Origin: Schmidtea nova
Taxonomy: Eukaryota
Assembly: GCA_044892505.1 (NCBI GenBank)
Contig: CM097883.1
Span: 151,962,001-152,026,000, forward strand
Length of the DNA: 64,000 bases
Direction: 5' to 3'
The notes under the pieces are model-generated. The model had not been told where the DNA came from and did not search any database. It saw only the letters and a program-made list of their open reading frames with translations. Positions 46,871-61,598 of the stretch are shown here, in pieces. Positions within the stretch are counted from its first letter, which is position 1. Every line of letters begins with the position of its first letter. Both the position numbers and the translations under genes were made by a program.

Positions 46871-49245
46871 TTTATTATTATTATGTATCCTATAGAAAAT
46901 AGACAAGTAAAAATTCTTAAAATAAAGTAAAAAAATAAGTCAAACAAACAAACACTACAAAAATGCTGTTGAGTATAACAAATTGCAACCTTGATTAAAT
47001 AAGAATAATTAACAAAACATTTAGTAATAATATTTTATTTATCTAGTTTATGGTTGAGCCAAAAGTTATGCCTTGTAGTTCCAAAAGTAATATAAAATAA
47101 GTTTCAAATCATTTATCGAAATCACTTAAATGACTGAATAATACAATTTTTGCAGCGTCCTTTTAATTTTCGAATATCACTCTAGAAAAAGTCAAATGGT
47201 TTGGAAAGAAAACAGAGCTGGTTGTCTATGTTAGTCTTTTCGTAATGGTTGTAGAGTTTGCACAGAGATGAAATTTCAAAGGTTAAAGAAGTACAAATTC
47301 TGGGAGTACAGGCTATGTGGGAGAATGGCAAAGACAATGCTCTGAAGCTCTGTATTCGTTTTCTTAGCTGTATGTGGAGCAGAATTGTCATGAATGAAAT
47401 GGATATTTTGTACAAAAAGGAACAAATTATATTCAATAAACTTTAAAAATAATTGAAGTGCAAAAGTTATTTAAAATTTATAAAAATTAATATTGTCCGG
47501 GGGAAATGGGCATAATTATATGATGCATCATAAGAAAAAACAGAAAATAGTAATAAAAACTTAGTGAAAGGTTTCTAAGAAACGTTTTTAGGAAATAACA
47601 AACTAATTAAAATTAATTAACCTCTCAATGGGAAGTCTTAGTCAATGAAGAACCCGAGCGATGATGAAAACTCAGAGCTCATGGAGACCCGAGAGATCAA
47701 AAATTGGGTAATTATCAAAACAATTTAAGATAAATCTACCTGTGAACTAGGATGGAATAAACGAAATTAATTTGTTATTATTTATTACCCCTAAAGATTT
47801 TGAATAATAATAACGTAATATTAGATAAGTGTCCCAAAGAAAAGTATAGAACGAGAGTTGAAAGAGACTCATATTAATGTATATGTATTAACTTTTTATT
47901 AATTTTTATGAACTTTTTATTTTTATTGTCGCGAACGGCATGATCACGACCAAGTAGCTCGTGTATAATGTACAACCTTTTGACCTTTGATTAGTCTTGG
48001 TTCTTAACCCCTCTGAGAAATTGCGGGCCCTCGAGTGTTTTATGTTGGGCAAAAACTGCAAATTGTTTTAATAAAGCAATAACCCCATAAGTAGGAGCGC
48101 GCAAGATTCAATTTTAACCCAAACATCCATTAAAAGTCCAAGCGATTAAGTGGAAAACACCAAAAGGTGAAGTGGACTCAAAACACATCAACCAGTAGAG
48201 TACGCGCTAGCTGTGAATTTGCAAGTCCTTACACTGAAATCTCGAGAAAAATTAAAAGTCGTCAAAAGAAGAACGTTTGAAAGTTAAAATAGACGGAAAA
48301 CCCATTGAAAATGCCCATAAAGAACAGAATTTTGTCATAAACCTTCTGTGTAGAAAAATTAACTAAATTTTAGGAGAAAATTGTGATTTTATTAAAAGAT
48401 TTTCACATTTAACAATAAAAAGAACTAATATTGATCGGAAAATCATAAATTAAATCAAATCGAACAAATTTTGATTCAAAAATAAAAATTTTGAATTAAA
48501 ATAAATTATTTGTGGTTTATAAAAAATTATTACACAAAAATATGGATTTAATTTTCGAAAAATCATTAGAATTAATTTAGAAAAATTAAAAAGAACATTC
48601 TAGAACAAATTGTTTTACTACACTAGTGAAGGTAACGCAAAATCAATGGTATATATACCGCCATCAAAATGGCAAAGATCAGAATTTGGTGAGAATTTGG
48701 TTGTAATTTTAGAATTTGTGAAAAATTTTGTTTTCTGAATTTGTGAGAATTTGCGAGCATTTAGAATTTTTGAGAACTTGTGCAAAAAATTTTTGATCAA
48801 AAATTTCCGAAAATTTATTAGTGAAAAAGATAATTTTGTGAAAAATTTCCGTGCTCTGAAACCGAAATTCCCCGGAGGAGTGTATAGGTATGCATTTTTT
48901 GGTTTGGTGCGGGGTCATCGAACACCATGCCTGTCCGATTACCCCGTACCGGTAATATTTTTATTTTGTTAATGGTATATTATATTGATATTATTATTGA
49001 CATATTGTTTTATGCAAAATATTAAATGAATATTAAATTTTTTTTTATTACTGTTTATTTTTTTTTATTGTCACAAATCCCAGATTTGAAATCACAAATG
49101 ATATTTATTATAAAAAAGATAAAAATAAATAATTTTTTTTTCCGTACCCCCTGAAGCCTGTTTCTGGCCTTGTGCCGAGCGGGTGGAAATAGCCTTATAT
49201 TGCAGAAATTTTATAATGAAAAATTGTGAACCAAAAAATTTTCCT

Positions 49246-49440
49246 AAGAATTTGTAAATTAAAATTTATATCGAACCCCATAAAAATTACCACTCGAAAA
49301 TATTGCTATTATATAAAAGATTTTATCATCTTATAAAATTCCAAAGAATTTGTAAATCAAAAATTATATCGAACCCATAAAAATTATAAATCGAAAATAT
49401 TATTATCATATTAAAAATTTTATCATTTTATAAAATCCAA
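49246..49440 (+). repeat. Diverged tandem duplication, unit about 98 bp
   Basis: aagaatttgtaaat..aatt.tatcgaaccc occurs at 49246 and 49344. Confidence 0.7.
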
Positions 49441-52068
49441 AAATTCGAACTTTCATAGAAAATATTTACGATTAATATATATATTCTTAAAATATAAAAA
49501 TTCGAATCTAAAAATGTATATTGTAAAAATTAGAAATTTTATTATTGTCTAACTCTTAAGAATTTATAAATTTAAAATTTGTATAAAATTAGTATTATTA
49601 TTTTAATTTGGGAAATATTTTATATATATTATTTATTATTTTATTAAAAACCCCCACGATATCACAAAATCACAATGCACCCCTATTTGCAAAAACTTAC
49701 ATCCATTTCATTCATTAGTAACACCCATACTTAATACAATACATAATACATTCAGTTACCAGCACACACACACACACACACACACTACCACATTTCAATC
49801 AATAGGATCTTCAATGCTAAACAATACAATCAACAATACATCCACTCACCAACATACCCAACATGATTTCATCTCACAATATCCACTAGCAACATACATC
49901 CAGACGATCCCCACAAATATTCATATAATCCCATCCATTGTTTATAGCCCATTACCACAGTATCATTCCAAACATACAAACACACGCAATCACATAAAAT
50001 TATAACAATACGATATGTATTTCAGACTTACAATAACATATACATACATGCAAACTTATGAACGCTACATCCATCCCCAAACAAATTATTTCAACTAACC
50101 ATCAGCATCCGGAAAATCGACCCATCTACGTAGGAAATCGAAAAATTTCTTCAGTAAGATCCTATAACACTGTTTGTAGACTGTAATACTCTAGCATTTT
50201 TTGGTCCTTTTATTTGGGAACGAGTTTTCCAACAAACCCACAAAATTTTCTATGTGATAATCTACCACCCCTAAAATAAATCGGAAGAAACAGAATAGAT
50301 ACATTAGTAATAGATCATTTTCGAAAATTACCATAGGAGATTGGTCAAGTTCGGAAAACAGTAGTGGCACGAATTTACCGCATGTTGTGAAAATAACCAG
50401 CCAAAGCGGAATAAAAGAGGCGTTTAAATTTCAGATGAAAGCATCACTAGACGCGGTTAAAATCGTTACTTAAAAATTAATGAAAAGTTTTACTTTTAAA
50501 AAGTTATTGAATCATAAAACCAAAATAAATAAAGTTCAATTTTATATTTCAAAAGAAAAATTGTATCTCAAAAATTTACTCACATTTTTTCATAAATATT
50601 TTTTCTCAATGTCTGAATATAGTCAAATAAAAGGAATCAAAAAATCCAGAGGTATAAAATTCGGTATGAAGTGAACGAAAATGAACTGGGAAATTGTCAG
50701 TGATGTAAAAAAACCATAAAAATCCAACAGCAAGGGTAGATTTAAATCCAAAACGGGAAATTTCATGGAAAATCTCCAAGTGAAATAACCAGCAGATGTG
50801 GAAAAATTTCATAATAAGTTGGGCTGAAAGATCAGGATTATGTTAATAAACAAAATGAATTAATATTGAAATTACTTTAATTCGGAAATCGTTAAAAAAT
50901 AAAAAAAATTTTCCTTTCTTTTCTCTTCTGTTATGGAGGAGCAGCGACTTATATTACCGCTTGCCACAGTTCTGGGGAGAAGCAACCCTCCACCTCAGGA
51001 GATTTGAGACACTAAAAGGAGAAAATGATAATTGAAAACACAAAATTCGAAATTAACTTACTAATTTGAAAAACCAAAATTGAGGGGAATCTCCTTCTAA
51101 AATTAGAATCGCTAAAATCAATATTGGTGATAGTGAAATTGAAAATGACATAATATAACTAACCAATTAAAATTCTGGAAGTTTTGCTTAGCGTTTATAT
51201 AGTTTCTCTTTTTTACGGGGGAACGGCGTCGTTTTCAGGGGTATCCTGATTTGAGTTGAATTTCCTAAAATTAAATTAAATTTAGAATTAGAAAATATAG
51301 GAAATATTCTTAATTAAAAGATATTAATAAAATCAAATTTACTTAATATTTAGGCAGTTTATATTGATACCGTTGCCAATGCCTCGGTGAGAATTCAAAT
51401 GTTAAACTCATCAAATTTTAATAAAAATATAATTAAACTTATAAAGCAAGATAGACATTAGATATAGGAGATAAGTGAAATTTTAGTTAAATTTACTAAC
51501 ACAAAAATATAAAAAATCAAAAACATCCAGAAAATAATAATAGTTTGGTCCAAATCAATAGAAATCAATTACACCGAATATATGTGATGGTCAATAATTT
51601 TTCGATTCCCGAATTGAGTTTGCGATGATATGTTTGAGTTTGAGCTTACGAATAGAGTGAATGTGCGAAAATTCCCGAGAATTTAGATAATACCGAGCAT
51701 AATGATTGATTCGGACAAATTAATAAATTTTAATTGACGAAATTACTTCATTTTTGTTAATTTAAAATAGATATCTGCAGTTTAATCATGTAAGGAGGGA
51801 CAAAATGGGCATTAAACCTTCTATCGGTAGCCCTTGGACCCAGGAGATATTCGGTCAATCATAGTTTCGTATTGACGACGCTCACTGATTGCGAATACCC
51901 ACCCATTTGTTGCATTACCAAAGTTACATTGTGACGGGCAACAAAATGGTTATCTTAATCTTTTGTATGTTGAGTTGTTGATACAAGCCATAGCAACGTC
52001 AAGGTCATATTGACGATCAACAACCCACCAAAATAAAAGGACACGAAAAGTAATAGATTGGACTAGTA

Positions 52069-55000
52069 CAGTGGTTTCCAACCTTTTTGAACCGGCGCCC
52101 CCTTTTTAAAAAAAAAGTTGGTGCGCCCCCCTTTAAAAAACAAATTGTTGCGTCCCGTTAATTTATCTAAAAATCAAATTTCATAAATACTCAACTGATA
52201 TTATAATTTATTTAATGGGCTACAAAATAATATACAATATTATGTAAAAATATAATATATTTATTATAAGAAATATAATAACAAAACAAAAAAAGAATAT
52301 ATAATTAATACTACTACAACATAAAAATTTAATGCGACGGTTGAGCTTGTTTTTCAGCACAAATTTTCTCAAACCGTGGTATTATTGAAGAAATCGCGGT
52401 TCTTAGTTCCTTTTCAATCATTAAGCGAGATCGATACTTTGTTTTTAAGACAGCTACTGTAAAAAAACAGTTTCACATTGGTAAGATGTTAAAAATGGCA
52501 ATAAAATTTCTAAAGCTTTGTTTGTCAAAGTAGAAAAATCGTCCTTTACTCGTAGCCAAAACGTAACAATATTATTTATATCTAGAAACATCTGCTTTAA
52601 TGTGCTATCACTAGATAAGTCGATTATCATTTCCTGCTCTGCTGTCGTAAGGCCAAAATCATCAACTCTTTCAATCACAAATGGGTTTCTAATCCATTCA
52701 TATTTGGACATGTCAAGATCTTTAAAGTACAAGGAGAATTGCTTCCATAGACTGGTCAAATGATTATTAATAAGAACTTTACTTTCTTCTATTTCATCAG
52801 CAAGACAGGAAATTTTAAAAGTGGGAAACATGTCAAAGTTATTATTTTTCAAACTTATTATCCACAGTTCCAATTTTTTCATAAATGCAGTTCTTGTCTT
52901 TCTGCGTAAAAGCATGAATTTGAGTCCTTTTCATTGATTTATTTAAAATACTGAGTCTTTGAAAAATATCAACTAAATACGCAAGTTTTACAAGGAATTT
53001 CGTGTCATAAAACAAGTGTGCTTCATCTCTATTATTATCACTAAGAAATATGGCGATCTCTTCTTTTAGCTCAAATACCCTTTGAAGTACTTTGGCACGA
53101 GAAAGCCAACGTGCCTCACAATAGTATAGAAGTGATCTATATTCTGAACCCATGTCATCACACAATTTTGCGAAAATCCTTCCTCTTAATGGGCTATTTT
53201 TGATAAAATTTACAACTCTTGTAATAACTTCAAATACTGTTAGTAGATCTTCACCCACATCTCTTGAAACAAGTGATAGTCTATGAATCATGCAATGCGT
53301 CCAAACTGCACGAGGAGCCACCTTTCGAACTAGTACCTGTAGACCAGCATTTTTTCCTGCCATAGATGGAGCTCCATCTGTGCATATTCCAACACAGTTC
53401 TCCCACAGAATATCATTTTCATTAAAAAAATTATCAAGGATTTTAAAAACTTCCCTTATTGTAGTATTGCATTCAATAGGTTTACAGAATAACATGTCTT
53501 CTCTAACATCAGTTTCCACAACATGTCTTACATATGTTATCAAGTGTGCATCCTTAAGAACATCGGTAGCCTCATCTACTTGCAACGCGAAAGAAGATAG
53601 TTTTACTTTTTCTATTAATTGATCGCAAAGATCTTCAGATATATCGAATATTCGTCTTCCCACCGTATTATCTGCAAGTGGAATGATTTTAAGTTGATCA
53701 GCATATGATTAACCGAGCATCGTTTCTATCATGTCAATAGCTGCAGGAAGCACCAAAGTTTCTCCTATTGAATGGGGTTTTTTGCATTTAGCAATTCTAT
53801 AAGAAACTTTATATGACGCAAGCAATGCTTTTTGTGTTACAGACATGGTCTTTGAAAACATTTCTTGTTGTTTATTTAAATTCTCTAATTTTCTTTGGAA
53901 AAATTCTCTTATCTTGCCAACGTGATCTGCATTTACTTTTTCAAGATGTCGTTTTAATTTATTTGGTTTCATGCTGTCTGAGGCCAAAGTATTCATACAC
54001 AGCAAACACAATGGTCGTTCTTGGCCATTAATAACCTTATATGTAAATCCTAATGATAAGTACATTGGATCATATTTTCTATATTTAGGTTTACTATTTT
54101 GCGAAGATGTATTTCCGATATTTTCATCATCTTTTCTTTTGCCCTATGCTTCTGCTTCATTTAATTTTCTTTTCAAGCCAGTTACGTATTTATCCATCTA
54201 AAAGGGGTATTATTTTAAATCATAAACTTTATATTAATTTAAAATAAAATAAATTATATCAATATTTTCTTTTAAATTAAATATCAGTCTTAATTGGGAT
54301 AATTTTTAAATGTAGAATTAAAAACTAATTTTGTCAAAATTAATTACTGAAATATAAATAACATAAAAATAACTTGCGCTCTTCTTACATAAACGTGAAT
54401 TTTTCTAAAATCAAAATTCATATTACTCAATTAAAACGGTTACTGGTAAATTTATGAGAAAGTAAAAAAGCGCTAGTAGTGAAAAAATAGTATATTAACA
54501 TCGGCCAGGATGTTATTTTATTGTTTCGGATGTGTATAACCCTGGCACTTCGCGCTCGTGTCGAAAAACTACCTCAACATTAAATTAACATTTCCTGGTT
54601 AATAAGGTACTATTATAACAGTTATGAAATTTACCTCAATGTTAATTTATTTAGAAGTTACCAAAGCGAAGTGTTTCATTCTATATATCAACGTGGTTAT
54701 CGCAAGCACTACTAACGAACTAATTCTGTTCATAGAAAACAGAAACAATCAGATGCTTCTGTTTACTGAATTCTGTAACCAAAGTCTAAAAGGTAAGGTA
54801 GACTTAGGCAGTCAATAGTGCAAGGAGGTGGGTTTTAGCGTGTGCAAGGCTCACAGTACCTAGAACTGGTGGTCGAATATAATGGAAACATATACCAATG
54901 TTTCTATTCTGAATGGGTATAGTTAAATTATAAAGACATAGTAATAGGTCTCCGTAGGATTTCCCACCCATAGGCAACAAAAAAAAATTCTGTTTATTGA

Positions 55001-55322
55001 AGTTTGGCACGAGTAAGCACGAGAATACCCGGCATGTTGCGAGTGCTTATCTTTTGATTCCACGCCCCACCAGTGCTCGGCTCCAAACGCGAAAGCGAGA
55101 TATTTCGTTCCAAGAAGAGTATGAATGGGATGTTTTAACATTTGTACCCGAAAAATTCGCGGCGAGGATTGTGGATTACGTATACTGCTGATTCATTTTT
55201 TGACACCTATTCGACTTTTTTGGTTTGTATTCGAAAATGATATTTTGGAAAAAGCTGCATGCCCCCCTTGCAACAGTTTCGCGCCCCCTGAGGGGGGGCG
55301 CCCCACATGTTGGAAACCACTG
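52069..55322 (-). mobile_element. Full-length hAT Buster-type DNA transposon, 3254 bp
   Basis: 14-bp TIRs cagtggtttccaac and gttggaaaccactg; 8-bp TSD GACTAGTA at 52061-52068 and 55323-55330. Confidence 0.96.
52329..54197 (-). pseudogene. Buster/ZBED5-SCAND3-like transposase with 2 nonsense codons and 2 frameshifts
   Basis: BED finger CLLC..SDSMKPNKLKRH, KKPHSIGETLVLPA, ALQVDEATD, GICTDGAPSMAG, THCMIH, EARWLSR, CETVF and ..KQAQPSH*. TAG at 54144 and TAA at 53709. Confidence 0.94.
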
Positions 55323-56430
55323 GACTAGTAGTTAAATAAATAAAATAACCCAACAATATTGTGATATATATTGTGATATACAATAAGCGATGAATTTTAC
55401 TGTTCTATAGTCATCAAAAGCAAACTGATCGGTTTATAATAAACAAACGTTGTGGCAAATTGGCTACTAAGTAACATATCCATAAGAAGCACTTTTTTCG
55501 AATCCCAGTATATACATTAGCTAAATACTTATTGTTCGTCAACGTTCGTGTAGGCGTAGGAAACGGATAATCTTCCTTTTCCTACTGGTATCAGAAATAC
55601 ACCAATTTTCGGATATCATTACGACTTAAATTCATTTAAACAAAATTATAGGACAACATAATTCTGCACAAACGCCAAAAATTTTGAGTAATGATAACAA
55701 ACATTTATGATAATATTAAATAATGACGTCTTCTCCAGCAATTAATTTTATTGGCTTGAGTTGTTCAGCAAATTTGATTTTGGCTACTTGTTCAATTTGT
55801 TTGGCTTAAGTGACAATTTAGATATTTCGATTGACATATGTGAATAATATTTGAAATAGGAAAAAGAAAATAAGATTATAAAAACAAATATGTATACTTA
55901 CTTAACTAATTTTATTTTATTTAATTAATATTTAATTTTAATTGTAAATATTTATATATGCTACTTATTAGTAAATTTGATAAAATATAAATAAAAGTGT
56001 GACTGTCACATATGGTTTACAAAACAAATTTTTATTATTTTTAGGCTTAAAATTATTTGATCAGTATTTTTAATCTATTTTCATTATTTTTAAAACTTTG
56101 GTCAGCATTTTTTTTAAATCGTCAGTATATTTTTCTCAATTATTTTAGTTACACCTAATTCTGTTTTTACACGACAGATACGTTCCTAAAAAATTCGTGT
56201 AAAAAAGATATTGGCTGAATGGAAAAATAGAAGATTGGTTCCATACCTAAAAAAGCAAAAAAAGTACAATAAATAAACAAAAGTATAATAATAAATATAA
56301 AAAAATCCTTGTTAGAGTTCACAAAAGAATTTATTTTTCGTGCTTATACATTTGGAAAAAAGAAAATAATATCAGAAATTCATTAATATAAAAAAGTAAA
56401 AATAATATAAACATAACAACTTTTTATTCA

Positions 56431-56800
56431 TTGTCATTTTCTGACACACGTATATTGTGGTGGGGGTTTTATTTTGTCCGGCGGGCATGTCGGAGTGTGT
56501 GGGAAAAGTTGGAAATCGCTCATAATAGCGATATAGATTATGAAGAACTGATAATCAAGTCTGTAGATGAATTGGATACTTTAATCAATAGTGATTGCAA
56601 CGAAAAGCCTTCTCAATGTTTAAATGGTGAAGCAGTTTTAAATAACTCATTACAACTTTTAGTTCATTCATATACTCATGCTGAACATAGTAAAGAAAAT
56701 GAATTGTTTCAAATTTGCCCCAACTGTAGTAGATTATTTTTCAAAAAGAAAAAATAGTAAAAGCTATTTCAAAGATCATTATAATCCTGAACATCTTAAA
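56431..56800 (+). other. Possible C2H2 zinc-finger exon or pseudogene fragment
   Basis: QICPNCSRLFFKKKK*SYFKDHYNPEH has C-x2-C...H-x4-H spacing across a stop codon. Confidence 0.25.
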
Positions 56801-57689
56801 AAGTCACCTGCTCAATGTGGTAATTTGTGTTCGTCAAATGAGAATTCTTAAAAGGATATGATGGATGTATGTATGCTAGATGCGGAATGGATGGAAAACT
56901 GCTCTGACCTGGTCTCCAATTAATAAATAAAAACATTAATTGAAATCTATCTTTTGTTTGTTAGTTTTATTTCGTTATTATCTCGTAATTAAATATGTGA
57001 TTTCGAATAGAATGTAAAGTATCTTGATATATAAAAAACAGCTCATGTGCATGTTTGCAATTTTTATTAGAATAGTTTTGTACATGATGATAAATATTGC
57101 TTTAAGTACGCGCGACTCGTTGTGCCTTGACATTAGTTTTCGATATTTTATCATTCTACAACTTTTGTATTGAAGCAGATTATATGTAATTTTGATTTCG
57201 GAAATATGTTTAAATGTCGCTATTAAATAACTCTGTATAATTTTTTTATTATTATTTTTTTAAAAAGTTTTCTTGGAAAATATTCATATATTTTGCTTCG
57301 CTTACTTTATATATTATATATTAATTATCGAATATATTTTTTTATAAAATGTTGTTTAAATAATGAGAATTTTGTAAAATATCTTTTAGATTTGAAAATA
57401 TTATTTTGTTAATCGTAGTTGGATTTTTAAATATTTTGAAACAAGTGTTCAAATTTATCTGTAGAATAGATATTATTTCAATTTGATAAACAAAACAATC
57501 CGTGTCGATAATAAGCATAATAATACTATTCCTAAAAAACAGCAAGGTGTCAAGTGTCAGGATGATTAATGTGCGAATTGAATTAAAACACGAGATTACT
57601 TTGGTAGATACAGACAGTTCTCAGTAGATTCTGAGAAAAAATCGGTTCAATGGAAACTACGTGTCTAGTAAATAGATCGTTACTATTGA

Positions 57690-60130
57690 TGATTGAAAAT
57701 TATAATATCGGGAATCCTCTCTAGTCGATCTCACAATTAAAGGCTCTTCAATTGTCTTATCGTGTTTGGTGGTGGATGAGTTGCCAATGGGCATTGATCA
57801 TATTTTAGGAATGGAAGTTATTTTTCGAAAGAGCGGCTTATACATCGATGGAAATAAAGCTACTTTTGGGATACAGTATCGTTGGAGGCGCAATTGTGTC
57901 TCACTGACCGCATCAATGACGATGATTTGAGAAAAAGAGACAGTACATTGGAAGTGGTCTGGAGGGTCACCAACACTGAGAAATCAGAGAGGGATTTACC
58001 ATTTGAAAAACATGTGAAGGAAACCTTTGACAAAGAAGTTAAGCAGTGGATTTCAAACGGTTAATTACAAGAATATCATTAGTCACATGACGGAGTCATA
58101 CTTTTGTTAGCAATTGATCAGGTTAATAAAAGAAAGATTCGGCCACTAATGAATTTCCGAGAGCTAAACTAGTGGGTCAAACGTTACACAGGAGATAGCG
58201 ACGTTTGCTCAGAGACGATGCGTCAATGGCATTGAACGGGAGAAGAAGTAGTTCTTCTTGATTTGCGTAATGCTTACTTGCAGATTCACATTGAAAAGAA
58301 CATGTGGCGATATCAATGATTCGATACGCGGGAAAGACTTACTGTTTAACACGCTTAGGATTTGGTTTAAACTGCGCTCCCAGGATAATGTCAAAGATCT
58401 TGCGAAGGGTGCTTTCTTCTAATGCTGTCATTCGAGATGTCACCTTCAGCTATATCGACGACATAGCAGTGGACTCATCAAAGGTGAATCCAAAGGCAGT
58501 TGTGGAACTGCTCGACTCATTTGGACTTAAGACTAAAGATCCGGTACCCATCGAAACACACAATGGCGTTGGGGCTGTCTATTTTTCGAACAGAAAGCAA
58601 CGAGCTGAGGTGGAAGAGAGGAAATCAACTCTAGAACCTTGACGTAAACTAGTCAGGCTCAAGGCGAAAGTTAATTTCAATTTGTGGTTGGGCACAAATC
58701 CGGTGGCAAATGGCTGCGAGTCGTCTGTAGCTTCATTAGGTGTTTGAGCGACGGAGATTCAGAGGATGATGATGTTGATGTCTAGAGCAAACGGCTGTCA
58801 TCAGGGCTGATCGGCCGAGTGACAAATCAAGATCCAGTTGAAGGAATCTGGCCTGTAAGTAGATCCAGCGAAGGAAGAGTTTGATAGTGATGCCAGTAAT
58901 CTTACACTGGGGTCTGTTTAGAAATCAACAGAAACATAGTAGAAGATGCCTTTTGATTACGAAAAAAGAACGATTATTTGCACATTAATCTCGCAGAACT
59001 AGAAGCCGTTTTGCGTGGAGTTAATGTTGCGGCTAGATGGTGCATTCAAAGAATAACTATTATAACCGATTCGGTCACAGATTTCAAATGGGTTGACAAC
59101 ATTCTGTCCGGAAAGAGGAATGTGAGTACCAGCAGCAGCTCCGAGATGTTGGTTGAAAGGCGACTTGGTATGATCAAGCAGTTAGAAGAGGAGCTCAGAC
59201 TAGAAATATCCATCGAACTGGTGAAATAAGAAGAAAATTAGCGAACACTCTGATGCGGGTACCCAAAGTTTGGCTGAAGTATTGCTCCACAATTATTATT
59301 GGTTTTTCTCTATCTTTAGTGTCAAAAATGCATTGGAAGCATCACATGAGCATTAATCGAACGCCTTACTTAGCCAAGAAGTATGATCCAATGATTAACT
59401 ACAATATGGTTAAGGAAGTTATCGATTCATGTAATAAGTGTAAGATGTTTGATCCAACCCCAATAACCTGGGAGAAAGGTACATTGGACGTGAATGAAGA
59501 ATGGACCCGAATTGCTGTTGACGTAATTTGTGTGAACGCGGATCTTTTTCTTTCAATTATAGATTGCGCGCCTAGCAGATTTTGCATCTGAAAGAAAAAC
59601 TCTAATGACGATTCACTTTCTATTATCAATGCGCGAAGCACTGTGTTTCTGGCAAAGGTTTCAGTGAAAGAAATTCTGACAGATAAGGTATTGAACTTTC
59701 GATCTGCAGAGTTCAAACTATTGCAGGTATGTGAGACTTAAATCTAAAATATCGTTGTGCTTACAGACCTGAATGGAATGGCATTGCAGAAATAAACCAC
59801 AGAACTTTCAAGCGGATAGTTGCTAGATCAGACTGTGACCCGCTAAGAGTGGTATTCTTTTATAATATCACTACTCACTCAGGCTTGGACGATAGTACAG
59901 TACCTGCAAAGATGCATTTTTGTCGAACGTGAAGGTGCCTGGAGTTTCTGGGAAGCAAAGACGAATTTGATAGCCTCGACAATTATGATTAAAATCAATA
60001 GGCTGTCGGAATCTCTTATTCGTCAAGCCGCCGAATGGAAAATGCAACATACTTTGGGCCGTTGGTACAGTCACCGGAATCAATTTCTCATATGTCGATG
60101 GTACTTCGAGACACGTCAGTCATCTTCGAA
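57690..60130 (+). mobile_element. pol: Decayed Ty3/gypsy-type pol (PR-RT-RH-IN order); no LTR pair found
   Basis: IDHILGME (PR); IRPLMNFRELN, LDLRNAYLQI, LTRLGFGLNCAP and YIDD at 58451 (RT); HINLAELEAV..ITDS (RH); HHCC, AVDV..IDCAPSRF and CAYRP..NGIAE..HRT (IN). Confidence 0.9.
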
Positions 60131-60577
60131 GGGTATCTAACTGCGATGATATTACTGAACGAACAGGACTGATAAGTGACAGGGACCGAGATAATCCGGA
60201 ATTTATTAGTTTAGTTTCTCCAAGAACGAGAAAAGAGCGCCGACCACTAGAATAGAAGAAACACTGAAATTGATCCTAAGATAATGGAGCATGCAATGAT
60301 TTAGATTCTTGTGCGTCATGGCCTATTACATCATAGGTTAATGAGAACGTAATATTTCATAAAATATTACGTTGCAGTTCTTCTTTAAGCTATAAATAAT
60401 TGTGCCGTAAATAAATCTCTGGATTCTTCCATTTTTCTTTTAGTAATGGATGAACAAGGTGCAAAACAAATATACATATTATGAATTTTATAGTTAGGAC
60501 TAAGAAGATAAAATATTGTTATTATATTGCAAGAACTGCTGATGTCTTTATATTTTTAGATACCGGAAATATTAATA

Positions 60578-61113
60578 TTTTTAATGATTTTATGGAATTT
60601 ATGAAAATATATGCAAAGGTAACAAACAAATATATTAAGAGCTTTAGAGTTAAGATTAATAATTAATATATAGTCATGTATTTCAGTAAAATTATTTTCT
60701 AATTGAAAATTAATTAATAGTGTATAGTTTGAAGTCCAAATAAGACATTTTGAAGTTTCAAAATTTTAAATATTGCCAATAAAAATTTGAGTTCCGAATT
60801 TTTTATTATTGTCCAGATTTCAACAAAGAATAAGCATAGTGGCATTTTCGATAAACTCTGTGGCAATAAATTTGATTTATCTTGTAATTGCTGTTACAAG
60901 AAAAATAAATATACACATTGGTTTTTCTGAATTCAAAAATAAACATTAAGTGCTTTCATTTGAGATGTCTCTTTTTTATCGTTTTTCAATTATTACAGAC
61001 TTACGAAATGCAAGTTTGTATTCCTACTATATTGGTGCTAGCAACCTCTGGTGTTTTAGATTTTATTTACTCGTATTTATTGATCCTCGTGTGTTATGTT
61101 CTTACTTTGAGGT
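60578..61113 (+). other. Possible short exons of a membrane-protein gene
   Basis: AG/GT-bounded blocks translate as hydrophobic stretches (ISIVAFSINSVAINLIYLVIAV; CIPTILVLATSGVLDFIYSYLLILVCYVL). No family recognised. Confidence 0.2.
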
Positions 61114-61333
61114 ACTTGATGTTATAGTGCATTTAAAATTAGCATCTTGTGTGTATGTCAGCCAACAAAACAAATAAATAGCAATGAATTGGAAAAATNN
61201 NNNNNNNNNNNNNNNNNNNNNNNNNNNNNNNNNNNNNNNNNNNNNNNNNNNNNNNNNNNNNNNNNNNNNNNNNNNNNNNNNNNNNNNNNNNNNNNNNNNN
61301 NNNNNNNNNNNNNNNNNNNNNNNNNNNNNNNNN

Positions 61334-61471
61334 CCTTGGATCTTTTTTTATTATTATTATCAATAATTCTCATAATGACTATAGATCAAAATTTTTTTTT
61401 ATAAACAATAACACTAAAATAAAATATAAAAAAAAAAATTTTGATCTATAGTCATTTTGAGAATTATTGAT

Positions 61472-61478
<7 letters not shown>
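61334..61478. repeat. Short fold-back (arms 61352-61400 and 61430-61478) of the PLE 3' tail seen at 32061-32142
   Basis: The reverse complement of 61334-61413 matches 32061-32142. Confidence 0.8.
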
Positions 61479-61531
<53 letters not shown>

Positions 61532-61557
61532 GAAACGCCAATCCAAATATATATTCT

Positions 61558-61598
61558 GCACAATATATTTCGAGAAATTTTTTCTCATCATCAGATGC
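61558..61598 (-). ncRNA. Minimal hammerhead ribozyme, family A (intact core, G-U in stem I)
   Basis: gcat CTGATGA t gagaa-aaaat-ttctc GAAA tatat t gtgc. Confidence 0.7.

Noticed and set aside
24530-54146. Idea that in-frame TAA/TAG codons reflect a non-standard genetic code
   Set aside because: The stops replace different residues (Leu, Gln, Trp, Glu), co-occur with frameshifts, and one is TGG in the sister copy. This is ordinary decay.
60360-60400. atattacgttgcagt shared with about 22543 as a possible LTR of the gypsy element
   Set aside because: Only ~15 bp match, and there is no corresponding copy upstream of pol.
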